From: Methanobacteriota archaeon
GTDB lineage: Archaea > Thermoplasmatota > Poseidoniia > Poseidoniales > Thalassarchaeaceae
Assembly: GCA_002722735.1 (NCBI GenBank)
Contig: PBMR01000015.1
Location: 33,673-97,672 of the forward strand
Reading direction: 5' to 3'
Length of the DNA stretch: 64,000 nucleotides
Position numbers and translations under genes: made by a program. How positions within the stretch are numbered: the stretch's first letter is position 1; every line of letters begins with the position of its first letter. Shown here piece after piece: positions 38,376 through 46,928 of this stretch. The notes below the pieces were generated by a model. That model was given only the letters and a program-made list of their open reading frames with translations, was not told the origin of the DNA and ran no database searches.

Positions 38376-39353
38376 ATGGCTGCTAGAAGAAGGCTCCCGG
38401 ACTGGTTCAGGACCTCCCTTCCGACTGGAGTGGCCCAGATTAGATACAGGGAGACCAAAGCCAATGTACGCGAACATGGACTCTGCACAGTTTGCGAGGA
38501 GGCCATGTGCCCGAACGTCCACGACTGCTGGGGAAGGGGGACGGCTACCTTCATGATTGCTGGAGAGGTCTGTACGAGGGGTTGCAGGTTCTGCGCTGTA
38601 GGAACTGTCAGGACCCCCTCCCCACTAGACGCCAATGAACCTGGAGAACTGGCAGAGGCAATCGCGAGAATGGGATTGAGCTACGCCGTGATCACAGTGG
38701 TCAACCGCGACGATCTGTCGGATGGGGGAGCCGGTCACTATCGAGACTGCATTAACGTCGTCAACGAGAATTCGCCTGATGTCGGGCTGGAACTCCTATG
38801 CTCGGACCTCGATAGCAACATCGAAGCATTGAGCTTCTTGCTGGAGGGGCTACCGCTGCGCGTGTTCGCACACAACGTGGAGTGTGTGCCGCGACTAGAT
38901 GGTGTTGTTCGTGACCCTCGGGCCTCGTTCGAACAATCCCTTGAGATCCTCTCCGAGGCAAAGAGGCTACGCCCGGAGCTCCTAACCAAGACCAGCATCA
39001 TGGTAGGCCTGGGGGAGTCTGACGAGGAAGTCGTCGAGGCGATGAGGGAAATCAGACGGGCAGGGGTTGACATGATTACATTGGGGCAGTACCTGCAACC
39101 CAGCTACAAGCACCTTGCAGTCGACAGGTTTCCTGAACCAACCCAGTTCGCCGATTGGGATCGCATAGCCCGTGAGTTGGGCTTCAGGGCTGTAGCGAGC
39201 GGACCATTGGTGAGATCGAGTTACAGGGCAGGACTGCTCTGGGAGGAGGCCAGTGGAATGGAACCGGTGGTGACGAGGGAATCCACGGGTTCAGCTGTAT
39301 GTCACCCCATAGGAAAAGAGGCCCATGTGAAGGTCCGAAGCCAAATGTCATGA
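38376..39353 (+). CDS. lipA: Lipoyl synthase
   Basis: CTVCEEAMCPNVHDCW (auxiliary cluster) and CTRGCRFCAV (radical-SAM CxxxCxxC). Confidence 0.85.
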   Translation: MAARRRLPDWFRTSLPTGVAQIRYRETKANVREHGLCTVCEEAMCPNVHDCWGRGTATFMIAGEVCTRGCRFCAVGTVRTPSPLDANEPGELAEAIARMGLSYAVITVVNRDDLSDGGAGHYRDCINVVNENSPDVGLELLCSDLDSNIEALSFLLEGLPLRVFAHNVECVPRLDGVVRDPRASFEQSLEILSEAKRLRPELLTKTSIMVGLGESDEEVVEAMREIRRAGVDMITLGQYLQPSYKHLAVDRFPEPTQFADWDRIARELGFRAVASGPLVRSSYRAGLLWEEASGMEPVVTRESTGSAVCHPIGKEAHVKVRSQMS

Positions 39354-39373
39354 GTGTATGGGGTATTCATAGC

Positions 39374-40606
39374 ATGGCAAAAAAGAAGGAGTCCGGTCTT
39401 AAGGTTCCGACTGCCCCAAGTAGGCCGGGTGAAGAAGCGGATTTCGGAGACTGGCCTTGGAAGCCCGGAAATCTCGAGCGACCGGATCCTGCCAAGTGTA
39501 ACGCGGACGACACGGTACCTCACGCTCATGGCCTAGTCAGAGTACTCGGGAATGATAACAAGGCCTCAGGAGCATGGAACCCTGAGCTCAGCGCAGATCG
39601 GTTGCGCGAGGGGCTCGAGCACATGGTCAGGCTTCGAATATTCGACGAACGAATGATGAAGATGCAGAGGACAGGGCGGCTCTCGTTCTACATGCGCTCG
39701 CTCGGCGAAGAGTGCGTTGCAATTTCTCAGACGATGGCTCTTGAGGCCCAAGACTGGATTTTCCCCACTTACAGGCAGCCAGGAGCACAGTTTGTTCGCG
39801 GACGTGACATGGTCAGCATGATCTGTCACTGCATAGGAAATGTCGAGGACAATATCAAGGGGAGGCAGATGCCTGTCCATTACTCTTACAGAGAAGGTCG
39901 GTTCATCTCAGTATCTAGTCCCGTCGGAACCCAGTTCAGCCAAGCGGTGGGAGTCGCGATGGCATCCCAGTACAAGGGGCTCGATGAGGTCACGATTACA
40001 TGGATAGGCGACGGTGCCAGTGCTGAGGGAGACTACCACTACGCACTGAACTTCGCCGGCGTCTACAAGGCTCCCGTGATACTCAATGTCGTCAACAACC
40101 AATGGGCGATATCGACCCACGCAAACATAGCTACTGGAGGGGACGAGTTCGCCTCCAGAGGCCTGCCCTACGGATTACCCTCATTCAGGGTCGATGGGAA
40201 TGACTTCCTCGCTCTCTACGCGGTTACCAAGTGGGCACGCGAGCGTGCCGCTTCCGGTGCCGGAGCTACTCACATTGAGGTCCTGACCTATCGTGCAGGG
40301 GCTCACAGCAGCAGCGATGACCCAGGTCGCTATCGCCCCGGAGACGAACTCACGAAGTGGCCGGGCGGCGATCCGATCTACAGACTGAGGGACCATCTCA
40401 TCGAGATCGGAGAGTGGAGTGAGGCACAACAAGACGAACTCAATGAACGCATAGACGGGGAAGTGATGGGGGCCTACAAGGAGGCTGTCGAGTTCGGTGA
40501 CCTAGCCAACGGCCCGTACCCCTCGGCGGATACCATCTTCACCGAGGTCTACGAGGAGATGCCTTGGCATGTCAAGGAGCAGCACGACGAGTTGATGGAG
40601 GACTGA
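39374..40606 (+). CDS. 2-oxoacid (branched-chain-type) dehydrogenase E1 component alpha subunit
   Basis: TPP-binding GDGA...N region (ITWIGDGASAEGDYHYALNFAG...VVNNQWAIST) and a BCKDH-alpha-like N-terminal region (RQMPVHY). Confidence 0.85.
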   Translation: MAKKKESGLKVPTAPSRPGEEADFGDWPWKPGNLERPDPAKCNADDTVPHAHGLVRVLGNDNKASGAWNPELSADRLREGLEHMVRLRIFDERMMKMQRTGRLSFYMRSLGEECVAISQTMALEAQDWIFPTYRQPGAQFVRGRDMVSMICHCIGNVEDNIKGRQMPVHYSYREGRFISVSSPVGTQFSQAVGVAMASQYKGLDEVTITWIGDGASAEGDYHYALNFAGVYKAPVILNVVNNQWAISTHANIATGGDEFASRGLPYGLPSFRVDGNDFLALYAVTKWARERAASGAGATHIEVLTYRAGAHSSSDDPGRYRPGDELTKWPGGDPIYRLRDHLIEIGEWSEAQQDELNERIDGEVMGAYKEAVEFGDLANGPYPSADTIFTEVYEEMPWHVKEQHDELMED

Positions 40607-40608
40607 AT

Positions 40609-41619
40609 ATGCCGAACATGAACGTCATCCAATCCCTAAACAGTGCGCTTGACAATATGCTTGAGGATGATCCCGATGTAATCATCTTCGGTGAGGACGT
40701 CGGCTATTTCGGTGGGGTCTTCAGAACGACCGACGGACTTCAGAAGAAGCACGGATCGCACAGAATCTTCGACACCCCTCTTTCCGAAGGAGGCATAGCG
40801 GCGATAGCTTTCGGTATGGGAATCAATGGTCTGCGACCGGTCGTGGAGATACAGTTCGCCGACTACATCTTCCCAGCATACGATCAGATCGTCAACGAGA
40901 TGGCCAAGGTAAGGCACCGCTCCGGAGGAGAGTACTGGACTCCCGTGACCATCAGGACACCCGCGGGCGGGGGCATTCGTGGTGGGCATCACCACTCCCA
41001 GTCTCCCGAATCCCAGTTCACACACACACCAGGGCTCAAGGTGGTGTACTGCTCTACGCCATACAATGCCAAGGGCTTGCTTATCAGTGCGATAGAATGC
41101 AACGACCCAGTGGTCTTCTTCGAGCCTAAGAGGTGTTACAGGGGCCCGTTCTACGGCGACCCCCACAATGTCCCCACTTGGACTGACCACCCCGAGGCTG
41201 AAGTCCCAGAGGCACCCTACAGAATCCCACTGGGGCAAGCCCGTCTTGTCAGAGGGGGCAGTGACTGCACTGTAATCGCTTGGGGGGCAATGGTACACGT
41301 CTGCGAGCAGGGGATCAAAGATAGCGGCGTCTCATGCGACTTGATTGACCTCCAGACGCTATTACCCTGGGATAGAGAGGCAATAGTGGGCTCCGTGCAG
41401 AAAACCGGTAGATGCGTGATTGTCCACGAGGCCCCTAAGACGAGTGGTTTCGGAGCAGAGATGGTGGCTTCCATCCAAGAGCGCTGCTTCTATCACTTAG
41501 AGAGCCCAATCGAGAGAGTCACTGGCTGGGACACCCCATTCCCCCACACAACTGAATGGGATTACATGCCGGGACCGGGTCGTATCGCAAAGGCGATACA
41601 TAGGGTCATGGAGGAATGA
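40609..41619 (+). CDS. 2-oxoacid dehydrogenase E1 component beta subunit
   Basis: IFGEDVGYFGGVFRTTDGL..., SEGGIAAIAFGMG, and the transketolase-like C-terminal domain. Confidence 0.85.
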   Translation: MPNMNVIQSLNSALDNMLEDDPDVIIFGEDVGYFGGVFRTTDGLQKKHGSHRIFDTPLSEGGIAAIAFGMGINGLRPVVEIQFADYIFPAYDQIVNEMAKVRHRSGGEYWTPVTIRTPAGGGIRGGHHHSQSPESQFTHTPGLKVVYCSTPYNAKGLLISAIECNDPVVFFEPKRCYRGPFYGDPHNVPTWTDHPEAEVPEAPYRIPLGQARLVRGGSDCTVIAWGAMVHVCEQGIKDSGVSCDLIDLQTLLPWDREAIVGSVQKTGRCVIVHEAPKTSGFGAEMVASIQERCFYHLESPIERVTGWDTPFPHTTEWDYMPGPGRIAKAIHRVMEE

Positions 41620-42920
41620 GAGTGGCGAAGTACGTCTTCAAACTGCCTGACATCGGTGAAGGCGTCGTTGAGGGCGAGGTCGTTCAGTGGCACGTGGGCA
41701 TTGGTGACACTGTCATCGAGGATGCGCCGATCGTGGTTTTAATGACAGACAAGGCCACTGTGACCATCCCCTCCCCGACCAGTGGCGTTGTTTCTTCAGT
41801 CAGCGGGGAAGTAGGTGACATGATCGCCGTTGGATCGATGCTCGTCGAGTTCGATGCCGAAGGAGTCTCGAAGACCGTTGCAGACATAGAGCCCGTTCCC
41901 GAATCGGGCGCCGCCCACGAGCCTGAGTCAGCCCCCACCCCAGCCGCCAAGCCCACACCCGCACCCACATCCATCCCTGCACCCACACCGAAGCCAGCAC
42001 CCCCTCCTGCGGCACCACCGATTACGACTGCTGCAAAGAGGACGGATGGGAGGGTACTGGCAAGCCCAGCCGTTCGCAAGCGAGCCCTAGAGGCGGGAGT
42101 GGAGCTGGGCGTGGTCAGTGGGAGTGGCCCTGCCGGGCGCATCAGGCACGCTGACTTGGACGCGTTCATCGCTGCCGGAGGAGATGTTCTTGGAGCAGCG
42201 CCGGCTGCCTTCTCCACCAGTCGTACCGGCGTCACCGAGGTGAAAGTGGTCGGACTTCGACGTAAGATTGCCGAGCAGATGGTCAAGAGCAAGTCGTCAA
42301 TACCTCACTTCTCGTTTTTCGAAGAGGTCGATGTAACTGAGCTCGAGGAGCTTCGCCAGACGCTGAACTCCAACAGGCAAGACGGCCAGCCCAAACTGAC
42401 ATTCCTTCCATTCATCATGCTCGCCCTCGCTAAAATAATGCCTGAGCACCCCGAGTGCAATGCACACTTCCACGATGGCGAGGGGGTCGTTCATCGCCAC
42501 GCTGCAGTTCACATCGGCATTGCAACGCAAACCGAGCGTGGGCTATACGTACCTGTGGTCAAGCACGTCGAGGCCATGGATTCGTGGCAGGCCGCCTCCG
42601 AGCTCCTAAGGGCCTCACAAGCGGCCCGTGATGGGTCTGCCAGTCTAGATGACCTCACAGGATCGACCTTTACAATCACCAGCTTGGGCCGTGAGGGCGG
42701 CCTCGGAGCCACTCCCATCATCAACCACCCCGAAGTTGCGATTCTCGGAGTGCACAAGGCACGTGAGATGCCTGTGGTTCGAGGCGGGCACATAGTCGTC
42801 AGGCGCATCATGAACCTCTCTAGCTCCTTCGACCATAGGGTGGTCGATGGTGCCGACGGAGCTCGTCTGGTTCAGCATCTCAAGCGAATGCTCGAGCACC
42901 CGGCAATGATCTTCATGTGA
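41616..42920 (+). CDS. Dihydrolipoamide acyltransferase E2 (lipoyl domain plus catalytic domain)
   Basis: Lipoyl-lysine context VVLMTDKATVTIPSP; A/P-rich linker; catalytic SFDHRVVDGA. Confidence 0.85.
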   Translation: MRVAKYVFKLPDIGEGVVEGEVVQWHVGIGDTVIEDAPIVVLMTDKATVTIPSPTSGVVSSVSGEVGDMIAVGSMLVEFDAEGVSKTVADIEPVPESGAAHEPESAPTPAAKPTPAPTSIPAPTPKPAPPPAAPPITTAAKRTDGRVLASPAVRKRALEAGVELGVVSGSGPAGRIRHADLDAFIAAGGDVLGAAPAAFSTSRTGVTEVKVVGLRRKIAEQMVKSKSSIPHFSFFEEVDVTELEELRQTLNSNRQDGQPKLTFLPFIMLALAKIMPEHPECNAHFHDGEGVVHRHAAVHIGIATQTERGLYVPVVKHVEAMDSWQAASELLRASQAARDGSASLDDLTGSTFTITSLGREGGLGATPIINHPEVAILGVHKAREMPVVRGGHIVVRRIMNLSSSFDHRVVDGADGARLVQHLKRMLEHPAMIFM

Positions 42921-42928
42921 GGTCCGCT

Positions 42929-44365
42929 ATGGCAGAGACTCGGAAGTGCCAATTGCTCGTCATCGGTGCCGGCCCAGGTGGATACGTCACAGGGATACGA
43001 GCCGGACAACTAGGGCTGGACACGATCGTAGTCGAGGGCGATAGGGCCGGAGGCACCTGCCTGATCAGGGGCTGCATCCCTAGCAAGGCGATTATTCATG
43101 CAGCCGATCGCTTCGAGGCACTGCGCCAGCACTCTACAGAAGGAGGGCACATGGGCCTGTCAATAGACGGTGGGCCAGAGGTCGACATGTCCGCCCTCGT
43201 CTCATGGAAGGATACTATCGTGGACAAGCTCAACAAGGGCGTGGAAGGGCTTCTTAAGGCGGCAGGCGTTGAATTGTTGAATGGTTGGGCCACATTCTCC
43301 GGACCTAAGCACTGTACCGTGGAGACTTCCGAGGGCCCCGTGGGGATAGAGGCCGAGAACGTCGTCATCGCGACTGGATCGAGTCACATAGACCTTCCAT
43401 TCATGCCGTGTGACGAGGAGTTCGTGCTCTCGTCCACTGGCGCTCTAGATCTCAGCAGGCTACCCAAGAAGGCCGCGATTGTCGGAGGAGGGTATATTGG
43501 CCTAGAACTGGGTTGCGCCTTGACGAAACTAGGGACTGAGGTCACCGTTGTGGAGGGTCTGGACAGTATTCTGGCGATCTTCGACAAGGAATTGCGAAGG
43601 CCATTGGAAATTTGGCTCAAGAGACACGGAGTTACCGTTCACACCAACGCGCTTGCTCGCGGGATCGAGATCAAGGGTAAGGGAGCATCCCGCAAGGTTG
43701 AGTTGATGTTCGAGAAGGAAGGAGAGGAGGAGTCGATCAAGGTCGATAATGTCCTAGTAACAGTAGGTCGAAGACCCAATACCAAGGGCTGGGGATTGGA
43801 GAATATGGGTGTCAGGATGGATGCATCAGGGCGTTTCATCAGAATAGACAGCCAATGCCAGACCAACGTCCCCGGAGTCTTTGCGATCGGTGATGTATCA
43901 GGAGAACCTATGCTGGCCCACAGGGCTAGTGCACAGGGGGAAATGGTCGCTGAGATCATCGCTGGCCATCCTAGGGAGTTCGACAAGGTGGCCATTCCTG
44001 CAATAGTTTTCACAGAGCCCGAGATAGTCTCTGTGGGACTCACCCCCAGCGAGGCAGAAGAACGAGGAGAGAAGATCGTCGTCGGCAAGTTCCCACTCGT
44101 GGCCAGTGGCCGCGCACTGACTCTGGAGGCAGATAGGACAGGGGGTTTCGTCCGCGTCACTGCGCGCGAGTCCGACCATGTGATTCTTGGCGTTCAAGCA
44201 GTAGGGAGTCACGTGGCAGAACTGCACGGTGAGTTCGTCCTCGCACTCGAGATGGGAGCTCTGCTCGAGGACGTCGCAGGCACCGTGCACGCTCACCCCA
44301 CCATTACAGAGGCGTTCCACGAGAGCGTTCTGAAAACCCTAGGTCATGCGATTCACACCACCTGA
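42929..44365 (+). CDS. lpdA: Dihydrolipoamide dehydrogenase E3
   Basis: LLVIGAGPGGY (FAD), redox disulfide GTCLIRGCIPSK, and the C-terminal HAHPTITE interface motif. Confidence 0.85.
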   Translation: MAETRKCQLLVIGAGPGGYVTGIRAGQLGLDTIVVEGDRAGGTCLIRGCIPSKAIIHAADRFEALRQHSTEGGHMGLSIDGGPEVDMSALVSWKDTIVDKLNKGVEGLLKAAGVELLNGWATFSGPKHCTVETSEGPVGIEAENVVIATGSSHIDLPFMPCDEEFVLSSTGALDLSRLPKKAAIVGGGYIGLELGCALTKLGTEVTVVEGLDSILAIFDKELRRPLEIWLKRHGVTVHTNALARGIEIKGKGASRKVELMFEKEGEEESIKVDNVLVTVGRRPNTKGWGLENMGVRMDASGRFIRIDSQCQTNVPGVFAIGDVSGEPMLAHRASAQGEMVAEIIAGHPREFDKVAIPAIVFTEPEIVSVGLTPSEAEERGEKIVVGKFPLVASGRALTLEADRTGGFVRVTARESDHVILGVQAVGSHVAELHGEFVLALEMGALLEDVAGTVHAHPTITEAFHESVLKTLGHAIHTT

Positions 44366-44374
44366 GGCGAGCGG

Positions 44375-45049
44375 ATGGGTCAAATCACTGTGCTTCGAGC
44401 AGGCGTGGTCGAGCATCGTTTAATGGCCGAGGTAATGAAGGAGATGCAGCAGCAGAGAATTGATGGCAATATTTCCGATACCCTGATTCTGGTCGAGCAT
44501 CCTGAGGTGGTAACAGTCGGCCCCAAGGCGGTGCGGGAAGGCGTCGTAGTGGAGGGTTACCCGACCTCGCTAACCGATAGGGGCGGGGGTATCACCTGGC
44601 ACGGACCGGGGCAGTTGGTCGTTTATCCGATCATCAAATGGATCATCGAGGAGCAGAGCGTCCGGGGGATAATCGGCAGGCTCGAGGACTGGGCAATTAG
44701 TGCCTTTTCCGACTGTGGCATAGAGGCTTACAAGGACCACTCGATGCAAGGAGCATGGGTCGACGGACACAAGATATGCTCAATCGGGCTATCATTCCTT
44801 CACTGGGTCAGCCGCCACGGCATGTCCATCAACATCCAGACCCCGGGCACCCGCGTAGAGGACCTCAAGGGATGCGGCATGAGGGCTGGCGTGCACACCA
44901 GCCTCGCTCAACTGGGCTACACCCACGACCCCACGGGCAGGGCTCTGGACATGACACGCATCGAGGAGGCATTGCTCGGCACATGCGAACAACACCTCGG
45001 ACGCGCACCCCTGGATCCCATCGAATGGAGCCCGGAGATGCCCGCATGA
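44375..45049 (+). CDS. lipB: Octanoyl/lipoyl transferase (LipB family)
   Basis: LILVEHPEVVTVG and DRGGGITWHGPGQLVVYPI match the LipB RGG.tyHGPGQ motif. Confidence 0.75.
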   Translation: MGQITVLRAGVVEHRLMAEVMKEMQQQRIDGNISDTLILVEHPEVVTVGPKAVREGVVVEGYPTSLTDRGGGITWHGPGQLVVYPIIKWIIEEQSVRGIIGRLEDWAISAFSDCGIEAYKDHSMQGAWVDGHKICSIGLSFLHWVSRHGMSINIQTPGTRVEDLKGCGMRAGVHTSLAQLGYTHDPTGRALDMTRIEEALLGTCEQHLGRAPLDPIEWSPEMPA

Positions 45050-46236
45050 GTCGACCTCGCAAAGGCGAATTAGCGCATCACTGGACGCTGGATCCCGAGA
45101 CGTGCTTTCTGAATCATGGCTCCTTCGGGGCAACGCCGACTGTCGTCCTCGAGGAGCAGAGCGGTCTGAGGGCTCAAATCGAAAGGGAACCGGTCCGGTT
45201 CATCGAGAGGGACTACCTCGGACTGTGGAACCGTGCGCGATCAGCCCTCTCCGAGTTCCTCAATGCCGATCTCGATGGCATGACCTTCGTCACAAACGCG
45301 ACAGCAGGGGTGAATACCGTTCTGCGAAGCCTCGATCTTGCGGAAGGGGACGAGATCATCGTTCCAGATCATTCCTACCAGGCCTGCTGGAACGCCGTCG
45401 ACTTCGTCACCGAGAAATCAGGTGCGAAGACGGTTGTCGTGAAGATTCCGTTCAGGGTCGGGGGAACGCAGGAGGTAATCGACATCGTTATGGGTGCTGT
45501 GACGGACAGGACGGTCCTAGCACTGATTGACACTGTGACCAGCCCTACTGGCATGAGGATGCCTTTCGAGGAGTTGGTCGTCCAATTGCAATCCAGAGGG
45601 GTCGATGTCCTTCTCGACGCTGCCCATGGCCCTGGCATCGTCCCCCTCGATCTTACCGAACTCGATGTGGCGTACTGCACCGGCAACTGCCACAAGTGGC
45701 TGTGCACCCCCAAAGGCTCGGCCTTCCTGCACATTCGCAAGGACCGCAAGGGCCTCGTTCGTCCGTTGAGCATCAGTCACGGTGCTTCGCACGTGGGTGA
45801 TGCGCAGGAGATATTCGAGTTCGAGTTCGCATGGCCCGGGACTCATGACCCGACGCCGTGGCTGTGCATCCCGAAGGCGATCGAGTACATTGGGAGTCTC
45901 ACAGAAGGTGGCTGGCCCGAAATCATGGAGAGGAACCACGCTCTGACCGTTGAGGGGCGGAGGATAATCTGCGATGCACTGGGAACCACCGCCCCATTCC
46001 CGGACTCGATGGTCTCTGCGCTCGCAGCAATCGAGATGCCGGCCGATGGAGAGGTCGGGGCCATCGGCCTCGAGGGAGATCCATTCCACAATCACCTCCT
46101 TGACAAATACGGAATTCAGGTCCCGGTCTTCCCATGGCGCCATCACGACGTCAGGTACCTCCGCATCTCGGCCCAGTTGTACAACCACATAGACGAGTAT
46201 CGGTATCTGGCCCATGCTCTCAAGGAGAGCGTGTGA
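45046..46236 (+). CDS. Class-V aminotransferase-fold PLP enzyme (isopenicillin-N epimerase / cysteine-desulfurase-like)
   Basis: ATGA overlap with the lipB stop. Fold-type I PLP enzyme with GNCHKWL (the Lys of H-K is the Schiff-base candidate). Confidence 0.65.
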   Translation: MSRPRKGELAHHWTLDPETCFLNHGSFGATPTVVLEEQSGLRAQIEREPVRFIERDYLGLWNRARSALSEFLNADLDGMTFVTNATAGVNTVLRSLDLAEGDEIIVPDHSYQACWNAVDFVTEKSGAKTVVVKIPFRVGGTQEVIDIVMGAVTDRTVLALIDTVTSPTGMRMPFEELVVQLQSRGVDVLLDAAHGPGIVPLDLTELDVAYCTGNCHKWLCTPKGSAFLHIRKDRKGLVRPLSISHGASHVGDAQEIFEFEFAWPGTHDPTPWLCIPKAIEYIGSLTEGGWPEIMERNHALTVEGRRIICDALGTTAPFPDSMVSALAAIEMPADGEVGAIGLEGDPFHNHLLDKYGIQVPVFPWRHHDVRYLRISAQLYNHIDEYRYLAHALKESV

Positions 46237-46260
46237 GGGCGTGGAATCATTGAAGCGGGA

Positions 46261-46857
46261 ATGCTTGGAGGGCAAATCATGCCAGAGGCTGTCGTGGCAA
46301 TCACAGGGGCTTCGGGCGCACGCTATGGCGTCAGGCTGATTGAAGCGCTGGCAGAAGCCGGTTGGGAGATGAGGCTGATAGTGACGCGCGAAGGCGCGAT
46401 TAATCTCGACCTCGAATGCGGGATCACTCCGAATGACCTCTCTTCCAGATTCGGCTTCGCATTAGAGGACAATGACAATCTGGCTGCTATTTCGGCCTCG
46501 GGCTCCGCTCGGTTCGATGCATATGTGGTCTGTCCGGCCAGCGGCACTACGATCGGCAAGATCGCTGCGGGAATTAGTGACAATCTGGTGACCAGGAGTG
46601 CCTTAGTGGCCATGAAGGAGCGACGCAAGCTCATCCTAGTTCCACGTGAGACTCCTTACTCGACCCCTCACCTCAAGGCGATGGCCAACCTCTCCGAGTG
46701 GGGAGTGGTAATCCTGCCTGCAAGTCCCGGATTCTACCACTCGCCGTCCACGATCGAAGAACTCGTTGACTTCGTAGTGTCTAGGATCCTCGACCAGATG
46801 GGCGTGGAGAACCGCCTTAGCGAGCGTTGGTCCGGCGAAGAGGTAGACGTCGGCTGA
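46261..46857 (+). CDS. ubiX: Flavin prenyltransferase UbiX/Pad1 family
   Basis: VVAITGASGARYGVRLIEAL, PASGTTIGKIAAGISDNL, about 198 aa. Confidence 0.75.
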   Translation: MLGGQIMPEAVVAITGASGARYGVRLIEALAEAGWEMRLIVTREGAINLDLECGITPNDLSSRFGFALEDNDNLAAISASGSARFDAYVVCPASGTTIGKIAAGISDNLVTRSALVAMKERRKLILVPRETPYSTPHLKAMANLSEWGVVILPASPGFYHSPSTIEELVDFVVSRILDQMGVENRLSERWSGEEVDVG

Positions 46858-46928
46858 ATGACGTCCGACTGGCACCTATCTGGCATGGGTTCAAGAACGA
46901 CCCGGAAGCGCTCGGCAACGGTGATTGC

